In this document: positions 1 to 10,602 of the stretch, piece after piece | Layout: every line of letters begins with the position of its first letter | Numbering within the stretch: the stretch's first letter is position 1 | Source of the DNA: Gemmatimonadaceae bacterium | GTDB taxonomy: Bacteria; Gemmatimonadota; Gemmatimonadetes; Gemmatimonadales; Gemmatimonadaceae | NCBI GenBank assembly: GCA_033763905.1 | Contig: JANRJP010000102.1 | Span: 40,430 to 104,429, forward strand | Length of the DNA stretch: 64,000 nt | Direction of reading: 5' to 3' | Program-made: the position numbers and the translations under genes | Notes under the pieces: model-generated | The model's database searches: none | The model's input: only the letters and a program-made list of their open reading frames with translations | What the model was told of the DNA's origin: nothing

Positions 1-11
1 AAATTCCCGAG

Positions 12-698
12 ATGCACTTTCCCGAGTTCAACGACCGGCTGGCTGACGCTCGCGCGCGCATCGAGGATGCCCGCGCCCGCGGTGGGCACGGGCAGTCGGT
101 GACGCTGGTGGCGGTGACCAAGACGCACGGGCCCGAGGCCGTGCAGACCGCGTACGCAGCCGGCATTACCGACGTCGGCGAGAACAAGGTGCAGGAAGCA
201 CAGGACAAGATGGCGCAGGTGGCGGCGCCGGTCCGCTGGCATCTGATCGGGCATCTGCAGCGCAACAAGGTGAAGTTCACTGGGCCGTTTGCGCTGATTC
301 ACGGCGTCGATAGTCGGCGACTCGCCGAGGCGATCGACGAGTTCGCCCGCAAGCGCGGTGTCGTCGCCGAGGTGCTGATGCAGGTGAACGTGTCCGGCGA
401 GGCTACGAAGGGCGGATTGGCGCCCGACGAATGGCCGGCCGAAGCCGACGCGTGGCGCGGGCTCACCGGGCTGCGCGTGCGCGGCGTGATGACGATGGCG
501 CCCTTCGGTGCGGCGGAATCGGAGTTGCGACGCGTGTTTGCCGGTGCGCGCGCCGCGCGCGACGTGCTGCGCGCGGCAGGGCACCCGGCGGACGAGTTGT
601 CGATGGGCATGAGTGAGGACTATCCGGTTGCAGTGGAGGAGGGCGCCACAATGGTGCGCCTCGGCACTGCACTCTTTGGGGCGAGGACGACGCAGTGA
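12..698 (+). CDS. yggS: YggS/PLPBP family pyridoxal-phosphate homeostasis protein
   Basis: LVAVTKT (PLP lysine), [38 protein letters not shown] motifs. Confidence 0.95.
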   Translation: MHFPEFNDRLADARARIEDARARGGHGQSVTLVAVTKTHGPEAVQTAYAAGITDVGENKVQEAQDKMAQVAAPVRWHLIGHLQRNKVKFTGPFALIHGVDSRRLAEAIDEFARKRGVVAEVLMQVNVSGEATKGGLAPDEWPAEADAWRGLTGLRVRGVMTMAPFGAAESELRRVFAGARAARDVLRAAGHPADELSMGMSEDYPVAVEEGATMVRLGTALFGARTTQ

Positions 699-1300
699 CC
701 GACGATCCGTTTCGACTCACACCGCTCGATGTGCGACGGTACGATTTCGGCAGCGCGCTGCGCGGCTACGACAAGACGCGCGTCGATCAGTTCCGCGATC
801 AAGTCGCCGACGAACTCGAGCGCGTGTCGCGGCAGGTGGTCGATCTCGAGACGCGGGCGAACGGGTTTCTGGAACAGCTCCGCGCGTTCCGCGAGCGCGA
901 CAAGGCGCTGAACGAAGCGCTGGTCTCGGCGCAGCAGCTGCGCGCGGAGATCCGCGAGCAGGCGGAGCGCGAGTCGTCGCTGATCCTTCGGGAAGCGCGC
1001 GCCGAAGCCGAGCGCATCATCGATGCCGCGCGGCATCAGGTCCAGTCGTTGCGGAGCGAGGCGGAGTACCTCGAGAAGCAGCGGCGTACCCACCTCCTGC
1101 AGCTGCGCGCGATGACCGAACGGCAGCTGGCGGAGGTCGAGGCAATGCTGGCCACGGCGCCGGGCGAGGCGGTGACGCCGACGGCCGATGCGCCGCCGGC
1201 GCGGGCCTCGGTGCCGTCGGCGGCCGCGATGCCGGCGCCGACGCCGTCGTCGTGGCTCGACGCGCCCGCCGGGGATTCCGGCGAGGACGCCGAGGCGTGA
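695..1300 (+). CDS. divIVA: DivIVA domain coiled-coil protein
   Basis: N-terminal [26 protein letters not shown]ivIVA signature followed by coiled coil; overlaps yggS stop. Confidence 0.85.
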   Translation: MTDDPFRLTPLDVRRYDFGSALRGYDKTRVDQFRDQVADELERVSRQVVDLETRANGFLEQLRAFRERDKALNEALVSAQQLRAEIREQAERESSLILREARAEAERIIDAARHQVQSLRSEAEYLEKQRRTHLLQLRAMTERQLAEVEAMLATAPGEAVTPTADAPPARASVPSAAAMPAPTPSSWLDAPAGDSGEDAEA

Positions 1301-2139
1301 GTGGGGTCACGGTGGCGGGGACGCACAGCCGCGAGGCCATCGGCCGCGCGGCGGACGCCGTGCGCGCGCGCTGGGGCAAGACGCCGCAGGCGGCGTTGAT
1401 TCTCGGGACGGGACTCGGCGCGCTCGGACGCGAGATCGCGATCGAGGCGACGATTCCGTACGACGAGATCCCGGGCTTCCTGCTCTCCACCGTGGAGTCG
1501 CACGCCGGCCGCCTCCTGTGCGGCACGCTCGGCGGCAAGACGGTCGTGGCGATGCAGGGGCGCTTGCATCGCTACGAGGGGTACTCGTTGCAGCAGGTGA
1601 CCTTTCCGGTGCGCGTGCTCCGAGCGCTCGGCGCCGACACGCTGATCGTCTCTAACGCCTGCGGGGGAATGCACCCGCTGTGGGCGCCGGGCGACTTGAT
1701 GCTGATGGCCGATCACCTGAACCTGCTCGGCGACAATCCGCTGATCGGGCCCAACGACGAGTCGCTCGGGCCACGGTTCCCGGATATGAGCGCGCCGTAC
1801 GACGCCGCGCTGCGCGACCACGCCCGCGCGGTGGCGGCGGCGCAGGGCATCACGCTGCGCGAGGGCGTGTATGTGGCGGTGCCCGGCCCGAATCTCGAGA
1901 CGCGGGCGGAGTACCGGATGCTGCGCGCGCTCGGTGCCGATGTCGTGGGGATGAGTACCGTCCCCGAAGTGATCGTGGCCGTGCACGGCGGGATGCGCGT
2001 GCTCGGCGTGTCGATCATCACCGATCAATGCCTCCCCGACGCGCTCGAGCCCGCCACGCTCGAGAAGATCGTCGCGGTGGCCACTGCCGCTGAACCGCAT
2101 TTGACCACCGTCGTCCGCGGCGTGTTGGAGCGCTTGTGA
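1297..2139 (+). CDS. Purine-nucleoside phosphorylase (trimeric PNP/XapA family)
   Basis: [44 protein letters not shown] motifs; start re-called at GTG overlapping divIVA TGA. Confidence 0.93.
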   Translation: MSGVTVAGTHSREAIGRAADAVRARWGKTPQAALILGTGLGALGREIAIEATIPYDEIPGFLLSTVESHAGRLLCGTLGGKTVVAMQGRLHRYEGYSLQQVTFPVRVLRALGADTLIVSNACGGMHPLWAPGDLMLMADHLNLLGDNPLIGPNDESLGPRFPDMSAPYDAALRDHARAVAAAQGITLREGVYVAVPGPNLETRAEYRMLRALGADVVGMSTVPEVIVAVHGGMRVLGVSIITDQCLPDALEPATLEKIVAVATAAEPHLTTVVRGVLERL

Positions 2140-5100
2140 CTGCCCCTGCCGAACTGAAGTTCCGCCCGTTGCCCGCCGAGCAGTCGGCGCGCGAGCTCGA
2201 AGAATCCCTCCTGGTGAAGTGGAAGGAGGAACGACTCGTCGAGCGCGCGCTCGCCGACAAGCCGGGCGCACCGTCATTCGTGTTCTACGACGGCCCGCCG
2301 ACGGCCAACGGCAAGCCGGGCATTCACCACGTGTTCGCCCGCACCACCAAGGACCTGTTCGCGCGGCATCGCGCGATGCACGGCTATTGGGTGCCGCGCA
2401 AGGCGGGCTGGGACACGCACGGGCTTCCGGTCGAGATCGAAGTCGAGAAGCGCCTCGGCATCAAGGGCAAGCAGGAGATCGAAGCGCTCGGCGTCGAGAA
2501 GTTCAACGCGCTCTGCCGCGAGAGCGTGTGGACCTACAAGGGCGAGTGGGAGCGGCTCGTGGAGCGCATCGCCCATTGGCTCGACTATTCGGATCCGTAC
2601 ATCACGTACTCGAAGGAGTACGTCGAAAGCGAATGGTGGGCGCTCAAGACGCTGCACCAGAAGGGGCTGCTCACGCGCGGGCACAAGATTCTGCCGTACT
2701 GCCCGCGCTGCGGCACCGCGCTGTCGAGCCACGAAGTCGCGCAGGGTTACGAGGACGTCGAGGATCCCAGCGTCTACATCGCGCTCGATCTCGTCGACGA
2801 TGCGCCGGTGTCGCCGGTGCGCGCGTCGGTCGACGGGCCCGGCGCGCAGGCCGCGGAGCGCGCCGATCTGGCGCCGGCTCCAGCGAATGGCCGTCGCCGA
2901 CTGATCGTCTGGACGACCACGCCGTGGACGCTCGTGTCCAACGTGGCGCTGGCGGTGAACCCCGAGCTCACCTACGCCGAACTGCGCAAGAAGAGGGGCA
3001 GTGACTTCACGGTGATTCTGGCGGAGCCGCGCGTACCCGGCGTGCTTGGCGCCGACTGGGCCGATCGATGGGACGTCGTCGGCACGATGACCGGTGCGCA
3101 GCTGGCCGGTCGCAAGTATCGGCGACCGCTCGACTGGCTGCCGTATCCGGACATCGGCGCGTCGGAAGTCATCGTGGCCGAGAGCTTCGTGTCGGCGGAC
3201 GACGGCTCGGGCATCGTGCATATGGCGCCCGCCTTCGGTGCCGACGACTACGCGGCGGGGCAGCGGCACGGCCTGGCCTTCCTGCAGCCCGTGAATGCGC
3301 GCGGCGAGTTCCCGAACGACCTGCCGCTCGTGGGCGGGCAGTTCGTCAAGCACGCCGATGCCGCGATCATCGAGGAGCTCGAGCGGCGCGATGTTCTGTG
3401 GAAGGCGTCGCGCTTCGTGCACGCGTATCCGCATTGCTGGCGCTGCCGCACGCCGCTGCTCTACTACGCCCGCTCGTCGTGGTTCGTGAAGACCACGGCC
3501 GTGAAGGACCGGATGCTCGCGCGCAACGCGCAGGTGGATTGGCATCCGCCGGAAACCGGCGCGGGTCGATTTGGCGAGTGGCTCACGAACAACGTCGATT
3601 GGGCCATTTCCCGGGATCGTTTCTGGGGCACGCCGCTCCCGGTGTGGGTAAATGACGAGAATCCCGATGAGCTCGAGGTCATCGGCTCGTACGAGGAACT
3701 CTTCGCGCGGGTCGGCACGCCGATGCCCGCGGATTTCGACCCGCACAAGCCGGGTGTCGATCAGTACACCTGGCCGTCGCCGACCGGGAAGGGCACGATG
3801 CGCCGCGTGCCGGAAGTGATCGACACGTGGTTCGATTCGGGCTCGATGCCGTTCGCCCAGCATCACTATCCGTTCGAGAATCGCGAGGCGGTCGAGCGGC
3901 AGTTCCCGGCCGACTTCATCGCGGAAGGCGTCGACCAGACGCGCGGGTGGTTCTACTCGCTGCTGGCGATCGCGACCGGTCTCGGCGACGCGCTGCCGAA
4001 CAACGGCGGCGACAAGGCCTCACCGTATCGCGCGGTGGTCGTGAACGACCTCGTGCTCGATGCGCAGGGTCGCAAGATGTCCAAGAGCCGCGGCAACGTC
4101 GTGGATCCGTGGCAGGTCATCAATACGCACGGAGCCGATGCCGTCCGGCTGTTCCTCGTCGCTGCGGGGCAGGTGTGGAAGCCGCGCGCCTTCGACGAAC
4201 GCGCGATCCGCGAGACGATCGGCGGCTTCCTGCTGACGTTGCGCAACGTGTATCGGTTCTTCGCCGATCTCGCGAACTTCGGCTGGGCCCCCTCGGCGGC
4301 GGACCCCGCGCCGGCGTCGCGCCCGGTGATCGACCGCTGGATGCTGAGCCGACTTGCGGCCGTCGAAGCCGATGTCGATCAGTCCCTGCAGGACTTCGAC
4401 GCCACCAACGCCGCGCAGTTGCTGATTACCTTCGTCGTCGAAGACGTCTCGAAGTGGTACGTGCGGCTCACGCGGGACCGGTTCTACGCCACCGATACCG
4501 ACGACGCGCGCGCGGCGTTTGCCACGCTGCACGAGACACTGGTGGTGACCTGCCGCTTGCTCGCGCCGTTTGCGCCGTTCCTGAGCGATTGGCTGCACCG
4601 CGAACTCACGGGTGACACGGTGCACTTGGCACGGTACACGCGCGCGGACGTGCCGCGGGACGTGACGCTCGAGCTCGCGATGGAAGAGGCGCGGACGCTC
4701 GTGCGGCTCGGCCGTGCCGCGCGCGAGACCGTGGGCATTGGCGTGCGCCAGCCGTTGGGCCGGATGGTCTGCGTCGCGCCCGCGTTGCCGCATCACCTCG
4801 AGGACGCGCTCCTGCCGTATGTGGCGCAGGAGCTCAACATCAAGCGGGTCGAGACGGCCCGATCGGCCGACGCCCTGGTGACGCTCGAAGCCAAGGGCAA
4901 CTTCCGCACGCTGGGCAAGAAGTTCGGCAAGGCCACGCCCGACGCGGCGGCCCAGATCGCGGCGCTGTCGTCGGATCAGCTCCGGGCGTTCGAACGGGGC
5001 GAGGTCCTCGAACTCACCGCCGGCGGGGCGACCGTCGCGTTGGCCGCCGAGGACGTGCTGATCCAGCGCCGAGCCACGGGGGCGTTCGTCGTGCAGGAGG

Positions 5101-5417
5101 ACGGCGGACGCTTTGCCGCGATCGACCCCGAGGTCACCGACGCCCTGCGGTCGGAGGGGTACGCCCGCGAGCTGTTGAGCCGAGTCCAGCGGCTCCGGAA
5201 GGAGTCCGGGCTGGCCCTGAGCGACCGGATTCGGCTGGCCGTCCAGGGGGATGCCCCGCTGGCCGACGCCGCCCGGACGCACGGGGGGTGGATTGCCGCT
5301 GAAACCCTTGCAGTTGACTACCTTGTAGGCGAATTGCCGACAGGCCCGGACGTCTTCACCGCGCAGGTGGAGCTCGACGGCGTCACCGGCGCGATCGCCA
5401 TCACCCGAACCGCCTGA
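2136..5417 (+). CDS. ileS: Isoleucine--tRNA ligase, type 2
   Basis: [45 protein letters not shown]; type-2 C-terminus without the type-1 zinc finger. Confidence 0.97.
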   Translation: MTAPAELKFRPLPAEQSARELEESLLVKWKEERLVERALADKPGAPSFVFYDGPPTANGKPGIHHVFARTTKDLFARHRAMHGYWVPRKAGWDTHGLPVEIEVEKRLGIKGKQEIEALGVEKFNALCRESVWTYKGEWERLVERIAHWLDYSDPYITYSKEYVESEWWALKTLHQKGLLTRGHKILPYCPRCGTALSSHEVAQGYEDVEDPSVYIALDLVDDAPVSPVRASVDGPGAQAAERADLAPAPANGRRRLIVWTTTPWTLVSNVALAVNPELTYAELRKKRGSDFTVILAEPRVPGVLGADWADRWDVVGTMTGAQLAGRKYRRPLDWLPYPDIGASEVIVAESFVSADDGSGIVHMAPAFGADDYAAGQRHGLAFLQPVNARGEFPNDLPLVGGQFVKHADAAIIEELERRDVLWKASRFVHAYPHCWRCRTPLLYYARSSWFVKTTAVKDRMLARNAQVDWHPPETGAGRFGEWLTNNVDWAISRDRFWGTPLPVWVNDENPDELEVIGSYEELFARVGTPMPADFDPHKPGVDQYTWPSPTGKGTMRRVPEVIDTWFDSGSMPFAQHHYPFENREAVERQFPADFIAEGVDQTRGWFYSLLAIATGLGDALPNNGGDKASPYRAVVVNDLVLDAQGRKMSKSRGNVVDPWQVINTHGADAVRLFLVAAGQVWKPRAFDERAIRETIGGFLLTLRNVYRFFADLANFGWAPSAADPAPASRPVIDRWMLSRLAAVEADVDQSLQDFDATNAAQLLITFVVEDVSKWYVRLTRDRFYATDTDDARAAFATLHETLVVTCRLLAPFAPFLSDWLHRELTGDTVHLARYTRADVPRDVTLELAMEEARTLVRLGRAARETVGIGVRQPLGRMVCVAPALPHHLEDALLPYVAQELNIKRVETARSADALVTLEAKGNFRTLGKKFGKATPDAAAQIAALSSDQLRAFERGEVLELTAGGATVALAAEDVLIQRRATGAFVVQEDGGRFAAIDPEVTDALRSEGYARELLSRVQRLRKESGLALSDRIRLAVQGDAPLADAARTHGGWIAAETLAVDYLVGELPTGPDVFTAQVELDGVTGAIAITRTA

Positions 5418-5420
5418 CCA

Positions 5421-5843
5421 ATGGCCACCAAGGGCAGCACGAAGTCCGCCGCCAAGGCGCCGCCGAATCCCGGGACGAAGAAGTTCATCGAGCACTTCGC
5501 GAAGCGATTGCACGATGAGCGGAAGCGGGTGCTCAAGGATCTCGGCTTCCAGGAAGCCAACTTCGACGGTGGTGACGGCGAAGGCTCGGCCTATTCGTTC
5601 CATATGGCCGATCAGGGCACGGACGCGATGGAGCGTGAGAAGTCCTTCCTGTTCGCGTCGAAGGAAGGGCGGTATCTGTGGCACATCGATCAGGCGTTGC
5701 GCCGGTTGTACAAGTCGCCCGACACGTTCGGGAAGTGCCACTCGTGCGGCAACGACATTCCGTTCGATCGCCTCGACGCGCTGCCGAACGCGCGGTATTG
5801 CATCAATTGCAAGCAGCTCGAGGAGCGTGAGAAGGCCAAGTAG
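5421..5843 (+). CDS. TraR/DksA family C4 zinc-finger transcription factor
   Basis: Coiled-coil tip HMADQGTDAMERE and CxxC-(17)-CxxC (CHSC...CINC). Confidence 0.9.
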   Translation: MATKGSTKSAAKAPPNPGTKKFIEHFAKRLHDERKRVLKDLGFQEANFDGGDGEGSAYSFHMADQGTDAMEREKSFLFASKEGRYLWHIDQALRRLYKSPDTFGKCHSCGNDIPFDRLDALPNARYCINCKQLEEREKAK

Positions 5844-6339
5844 GGTCTTCTGGGGCACTGCCGCCCTGATCGTGCTCGCGGATCAAGGCACGAAGTGGTG
5901 GGCGGTGCGCACGCTCAGCGACGGCCCGGGGCCGATCGAAGTGATTGGCGCCTGGGCACGGCTCGCGCTGGTGTACAACCCCGGCGCGGCGTTCGGGCTG
6001 TCGATCGGGTCGTGGTCCCGTGAGGTCTTCACCGGGCTGACCCTCGTGGCGCTCGCCCTGCTGTGGCAGCTGTATCGCACGGCGTCGCCGGCGGAGCGGG
6101 GGCGGGTGTGGGCCTCGGCGTTTGTGGCGGGAGGTGCGGTCGGCAACCTCGTCGATCGGGTGCGCTCGCCGCGCGGGGTCGTGGACTTTCTGGATCTGGG
6201 GATTGGAGATGCGCGCTGGCCGACGTTCAACGTCGCGGATGTGGCCGTGAGCTGCGGCGCCTTGGCTTTGGCGTGGGTGCTGCGCGATGCCGACGACGCC
6301 GCAACGTCGGCGGCGACGATGCCGGAGGAGCGCGCGTGA
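5827..6339 (+). CDS. lspA: Lipoprotein signal peptidase II, copy 1
   Basis: DQGTK, YNPGAAFG, GNLVDR, VVDFLD, FNVAD motifs; start re-called (GTG 5827). Confidence 0.9.
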   Translation: MRRPSRVFWGTAALIVLADQGTKWWAVRTLSDGPGPIEVIGAWARLALVYNPGAAFGLSIGSWSREVFTGLTLVALALLWQLYRTASPAERGRVWASAFVAGGAVGNLVDRVRSPRGVVDFLDLGIGDARWPTFNVADVAVSCGALALAWVLRDADDAATSAATMPEERA

Positions 6340-6851
6340 ATACCCGCCCGCACCTGTTGCCGGCCTCGCTCTGTGTCGGCGCGATCGCGTTGGACGTGGT
6401 CACGAAGCGCTGGGCCGTCGACGCCCTCTCGCCGATGCACGTACCGCACGAGGTGCTGGGGTCGTTCCTGCGCTTCACGCTGGCGTTCAATCGCGGCGCC
6501 GCGTTCGGGATGCACCTCGGCGACTGGTCGCGGCTCTTCTTCGGTACGGTGGCGGTCGTGATCGTCGGCGTGCTGTTCTCGATGTACCGAGACGCCCCGG
6601 CGACGGAGCGTCTGCGTCGCGTGGCGCTCGCGCTCATCGCCGGCGGGGCGATCGGCAACCTCATCGATCGGCTTCGCTGGGACGGCGGCGTCGTCGACTT
6701 CATCGACATCGGCACGGCGACGTGGCGCTTCTGGACGTTCAACGTCGCCGACAGCGCGGTGACCGTCGGGACGATTCTGTTGCTGTGGGTGATGCGCAAC
6801 GACGCCCCGGCACCGACGACTCCGGCAGCCGGCGCGGCGCCGGGCACGTGA
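6336..6851 (+). CDS. lspA: Lipoprotein signal peptidase II, copy 2
   Basis: DVVTK, FNRGAAFG, GNLIDR, VVDFID, FNVAD motifs; GTG overlaps copy-1 stop. Confidence 0.92.
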   Translation: MNTRPHLLPASLCVGAIALDVVTKRWAVDALSPMHVPHEVLGSFLRFTLAFNRGAAFGMHLGDWSRLFFGTVAVVIVGVLFSMYRDAPATERLRRVALALIAGGAIGNLIDRLRWDGGVVDFIDIGTATWRFWTFNVADSAVTVGTILLLWVMRNDAPAPTTPAAGAAPGT

Positions 6852-7855
6852 GTCTCGACGCGCCGCCGCCGGGTCGCCACGAGTTCGCGGCGCCCGCCGA
6901 GGCGACGCGACTCGATCTGGCCGTCGCGGCACAGCTCGGCGTGTCGCGGACGCGCGCCGCCACCCTTATCGCCGAGGGGCGCGTCACGGTGAATGGCGCC
7001 CGTGAAAAGGCGAGTGTGCGGCCGGACGCCGGGGCGCGGATCGTGGTGGACGTCCCGCCGCCGGCGGGCCGACCCGTGGTGCCCGAGCAGATCCCGCTCG
7101 ACGTGGTCTATGAGGACGACGACCTGCTGGTCGTGAACAAGGCGGCCGGAATGGTCGTGCATCCCGCGCCGGGCAACTGGACCGGGACGCTGGTGAACGC
7201 CCTGATGGGTCGGCCTGGGACATTGGAGGACGACGCCGACACCCCGCCGGAGGCCGCCCGGGCCGGGCTGGTCCACCGGCTCGACAAGGAGACTTCCGGG
7301 CTCCTCCTGGTGGCCAAGTCGGAGGGCACCCACCGCGCCCTCGCGCAGGATCTGGCGGCCCGGAAGATCGTTCGCCGGTACGCCGCGATGTCCTGGGGTC
7401 ACGTGGACGGCGACCGTATCACGGTGAAGGCCCCCATTGGCCGGGACCCTCGTGACCGGAAGCGGATGGCGGTCGTTTCCGGGGGGAGGGAGGCGCACAC
7501 CGACTTCGTGCGGATCGGGCGTCTCCCGCACACGGACCTGCTGCGCGCGCACCTGCACACGGGGCGGACGCATCAGATCCGGGTGCATTTGGCATCGGTG
7601 GGGCATCCGGTGGTCGGGGACGACACCTACGGTGGCGGCGGCGGGCGGAAGCTCGTGGCACTGCCCCCGGGGCGGCACTTCCTGCACGCCGCGTGGCTCC
7701 GCTTCCGGCACCCGCGGTCGGGGGAGGCCATCGATCTGCGGGCGCCCTTGCCGGCCGATCTGGTGACCTCACTCGCTGCGGCCGCCGAGATGCCCAACCT
7801 GCTCACCGAGGGCGATCCGCTGTCGTATCTTGGGTTTTACGCTGATGGGGGCTGA
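6848..7855 (+). CDS. rluD: RluA-family (RluD-like) pseudouridine synthase with S4 domain
   Basis: S4 RLD..VA...SR, NKAAGMVVHP, catalytic HRLDKETSG, TGRTHQIRVH. Confidence 0.9.
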   Translation: MSLDAPPPGRHEFAAPAEATRLDLAVAAQLGVSRTRAATLIAEGRVTVNGAREKASVRPDAGARIVVDVPPPAGRPVVPEQIPLDVVYEDDDLLVVNKAAGMVVHPAPGNWTGTLVNALMGRPGTLEDDADTPPEAARAGLVHRLDKETSGLLLVAKSEGTHRALAQDLAARKIVRRYAAMSWGHVDGDRITVKAPIGRDPRDRKRMAVVSGGREAHTDFVRIGRLPHTDLLRAHLHTGRTHQIRVHLASVGHPVVGDDTYGGGGGRKLVALPPGRHFLHAAWLRFRHPRSGEAIDLRAPLPADLVTSLAAAAEMPNLLTEGDPLSYLGFYADGG

Positions 7856-8312
7856 CGTGGTCCCGGCGACGCAGGCCCGCTTGCTGCTCTTCGAGGTGCG
7901 GGGGCGTCGCTATGCCTGCGATCTGGCGTCGGTGCGCGAGATCGTGCCGTTCGGTGTGGTCACGCGGCTCCCGGGCGCTCCGGCGGCGGTGGTGGGCGTG
8001 AGCAACGTGCGCGGTCTCGTGGTAACGGTGGTCGATCTGGGCATTCGGCTCGCCGACGGCCCGGTGGATCGTGCGGAAGGGGCGGTCTTGTTGCTGGAGT
8101 ACGGCGGCAAGGTGCTCGGCGCGGGGGTGGATGGGCTGCAGGATGTACTCGTGCCGGAGGATGGCATTCAGCCGCCGCCGGCCGACAGCGGGACCGGCGA
8201 TACGTCCGGGTTGTTGTGTGGGCTGGTGCAGACGAATGGCGGCGTGGCGGTCGTGCTCGACCCCGCGGCGCTCGTGAAGGAAACCCTAGTCGGGACGGGA
8301 GGCGACACGTGA
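7845..8312 (+). CDS. cheW: CheW adaptor (copy 1)
   Basis: YA.DLASVREIV, TRLPGAP..VVGV.NVRG.VV.VVDL motif. Confidence 0.88.
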   Translation: MGADVVPATQARLLLFEVRGRRYACDLASVREIVPFGVVTRLPGAPAAVVGVSNVRGLVVTVVDLGIRLADGPVDRAEGAVLLLEYGGKVLGAGVDGLQDVLVPEDGIQPPPADSGTGDTSGLLCGLVQTNGGVAVVLDPAALVKETLVGTGGDT

Positions 8313-8671
8313 GCCAAACGGTGCTCATCTGTGACGACGCGATCTTCATGCGGACGATGTTGGCCGACATTCTCACGAATGCCGGATTCGAAGTCGTCGG
8401 CGAAGCCGAGAGCGGCGTGCAGGCGGTGGAGATGTATCGACGGCTGCGGCCGGACCTGGTGACGATGGACATCGTGATGCCGGATATGGGCGGCATCGAC
8501 GCCGTCCGCGAGATCACGAAGTTCGATCCCGCCGCGAAGTGTCTGATGTGCTCGGCGATGGGCCAGCAGGCGCTGGTCGTCGAGGCGATTCAGGCCGGCG
8601 CGAAGGACTTCGTCGTCAAGCCGTTCCAGCCGAGTCGGGTGCTCGAAGCCGTCCAGCGCGTGCTGGGCTGA
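8309..8671 (+). CDS. cheY: Single-domain response regulator CheY
   Basis: VLICDDAIFMR, DLVTMDIVMP (phospho-Asp), CSAMGQ, FVVKPF; Bacillus/Thermotoga-like CheY. Confidence 0.92.
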   Translation: MSQTVLICDDAIFMRTMLADILTNAGFEVVGEAESGVQAVEMYRRLRPDLVTMDIVMPDMGGIDAVREITKFDPAAKCLMCSAMGQQALVVEAIQAGAKDFVVKPFQPSRVLEAVQRVLG

Positions 8672-8690
8672 CCCTCCGGAGCGTCCCAGC

Positions 8691-10595
8691 GTGGATCCCG
8701 CCAAGTACGCCGAACTCTTCCTCACGGAGAGTCGTGAGCAGCTCGTGCAGATCAACGAGCAGTTGCTCGCGCTGGAGCGTGCGCCGGAGGACACGTCGCC
8801 GGTGGCCGCCCTGTTTCGCGCGGTGCACTCGCTCAAGGGGATGTCGGCGACGATGGGCTTCAGTGCCGTCGCCTCGCTCGCGCACGAGTTGGAGACGCTG
8901 ATGGACGGCGTACGGGCCGGCCAGGTGGCGGTGGAGCCCGTGGTGTCGTTGCTGTTCGAGGCGGCGGACGGGCTGGAGCGGGCCGTCGGCGCCGCCGTCG
9001 CGGGACGCGACGAGTTTCCCGACCGTGACGATCTGCTGGGTCGACTGCGGGCCGCCGCGCAGGGCACAACATCCGCGCCGGTCGCGTCGACCCCGGCGGC
9101 GGTCGCGCCGATGCGCCGCACCCCGGTGCGGTCGTCGGGCTCGGTGCCAATCACCCCCGGCGACGGGCGCACGATCAAGGTCACGCTCGAGGCCGACACC
9201 CCGTTGCGCGGCGTGCGGGCCTTCCTCGTCGTCCAGCGCGCTCGGGCACTCGGGGAGATCACTGCGGTATGGCCGCCGGTCGAGGCCCTGCAGGCCGAAC
9301 AGTTCGACCGCGAGTTTTCGCTCAAGCTGATCACCGGCGCTGCGCCCGACGCGATCGCAGCGGATCTGGCCAAGGCGGGGTACGTCGAGCGCGTGCTGGT
9401 GGATGTCGCGCCGGCGCCAGCGGCCAAGTCCGCGCCCGCGGCTGCAGCACCGGCCCCAACCGTGCGCTCGGTGCGCGTCGACACCCGTCGCCTCGACGCG
9501 TTGCTCAACCTCGTGGGCGAGCTGGTGATTGCGCGCGACCGCCTGACGCGCGTGGCCGCGCAGCGGCAGGATGCTGAACTGTCCGATGTGGTCGCGCAGA
9601 CGGAACGCCTGATCGGCAACCTGCACGACGAGATTCTGGCGAGCCGTTTGATTCCCGTCTGGCAGGTCTTCGATCGCTTCCCGCGCACCGTCCGCGATGC
9701 CGCGAAAGCGGTGGGCAAGGAGGTCGAGTTCGTCGTCGAGGGCAAGGAGATCGAACTGGACCGCTCGTTGCTGGAGGAGTTGGCGGATCCGGTCGTGCAC
9801 CTCCTGCGCAATGCCGTCGATCACGGGCTGGAGTCCCCGGCGGACCGTCGTGCGGCCGGCAAGCCGGCCACCGGACGGTTGGTGCTGAGCGCGTCGCGTG
9901 ACCGCTCGGCGGTGCTGGTGAAGGTCGAAGATGACGGGCGCGGCATTGACCGTCGTCGCGTCATTGCCCGCGCCGCGGCGGAAGGCTTGGTCGAGGCCGA
10001 CCGCACGGCCATCACCGACGACGAACTGGTGAAGCTGATTGCGCGGCCGGGGTTCTCGACGGCCGAGCGGGTCACCGGTCTGTCGGGGCGCGGCGTCGGC
10101 ATCGACGCCGTGATCGCGAAAGTGCGCGGCCTTGGCGGTTCGGTCGAGATCCGCTCGGTGGAAGGGCGGGGCACGACGATCGAACTGCGTCTGCCGGTGA
10201 CGCTGGCGATCGTCGGCGCGGTCCTCGCGCAGGTGGGCGACGAGCGATATGCCCTGCCGATGACGCACGTGCAGGAGACGGTGGAGCTCGCCGCGGCCCA
10301 GGCCGAGACGCTGCGCGGCCGCGAAGTGATGACGCTGCGCGAAGACGTGCTGCCCTTGGTGCATCTGCGCGATGTGGTGCGGATGCCGCGGCGCGACGGC
10401 GGCGGCTCGCAGGTGGTGATCGTGGAGCGCGCCGAGCGGCGCGCGGGGTTGGTGGTGGACCGCTTGCTCGGTCAGCAGGACATCGTCGTCAAGCCACTCG
10501 ACGCGGTGCGCAATGCCGCGGCGCTGTTCAGCGGAGCGACGATTCTCTCCGATGGCGCGCCGGCGCTGATTCTCGATGTCAACACGCTCCTCTGA
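8691..10595 (+). CDS. cheA: Chemotaxis histidine kinase CheA
   Basis: Hpt FRAVHSLKGMS, P2-like region, dimerisation LDALLNLVGELVI, HLLRNAVDHG, DDGRGID, GRGVGID, C-terminal CheW domain. Confidence 0.96.
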   Translation: MDPAKYAELFLTESREQLVQINEQLLALERAPEDTSPVAALFRAVHSLKGMSATMGFSAVASLAHELETLMDGVRAGQVAVEPVVSLLFEAADGLERAVGAAVAGRDEFPDRDDLLGRLRAAAQGTTSAPVASTPAAVAPMRRTPVRSSGSVPITPGDGRTIKVTLEADTPLRGVRAFLVVQRARALGEITAVWPPVEALQAEQFDREFSLKLITGAAPDAIAADLAKAGYVERVLVDVAPAPAAKSAPAAAAPAPTVRSVRVDTRRLDALLNLVGELVIARDRLTRVAAQRQDAELSDVVAQTERLIGNLHDEILASRLIPVWQVFDRFPRTVRDAAKAVGKEVEFVVEGKEIELDRSLLEELADPVVHLLRNAVDHGLESPADRRAAGKPATGRLVLSASRDRSAVLVKVEDDGRGIDRRRVIARAAAEGLVEADRTAITDDELVKLIARPGFSTAERVTGLSGRGVGIDAVIAKVRGLGGSVEIRSVEGRGTTIELRLPVTLAIVGAVLAQVGDERYALPMTHVQETVELAAAQAETLRGREVMTLREDVLPLVHLRDVVRMPRRDGGGSQVVIVERAERRAGLVVDRLLGQQDIVVKPLDAVRNAAALFSGATILSDGAPALILDVNTLL

Positions 10596-10602
10596 GGGGT
10601 CG

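Noticed and set aside
613..1296. Long N-terminal extensions in the ORF track (pnp, rluD, cheD, murD, peptidase, OM barrel, mtaB etc.) suggesting fusions
   Set aside because: Extensions overlap upstream genes in another frame; homology begins at GTG/ATG codons overlapping the upstream stop
2100..2140. T-box riboswitch upstream of ileS as in Firmicutes
   Set aside because: ileS overlaps the pnp stop codon; there is no leader
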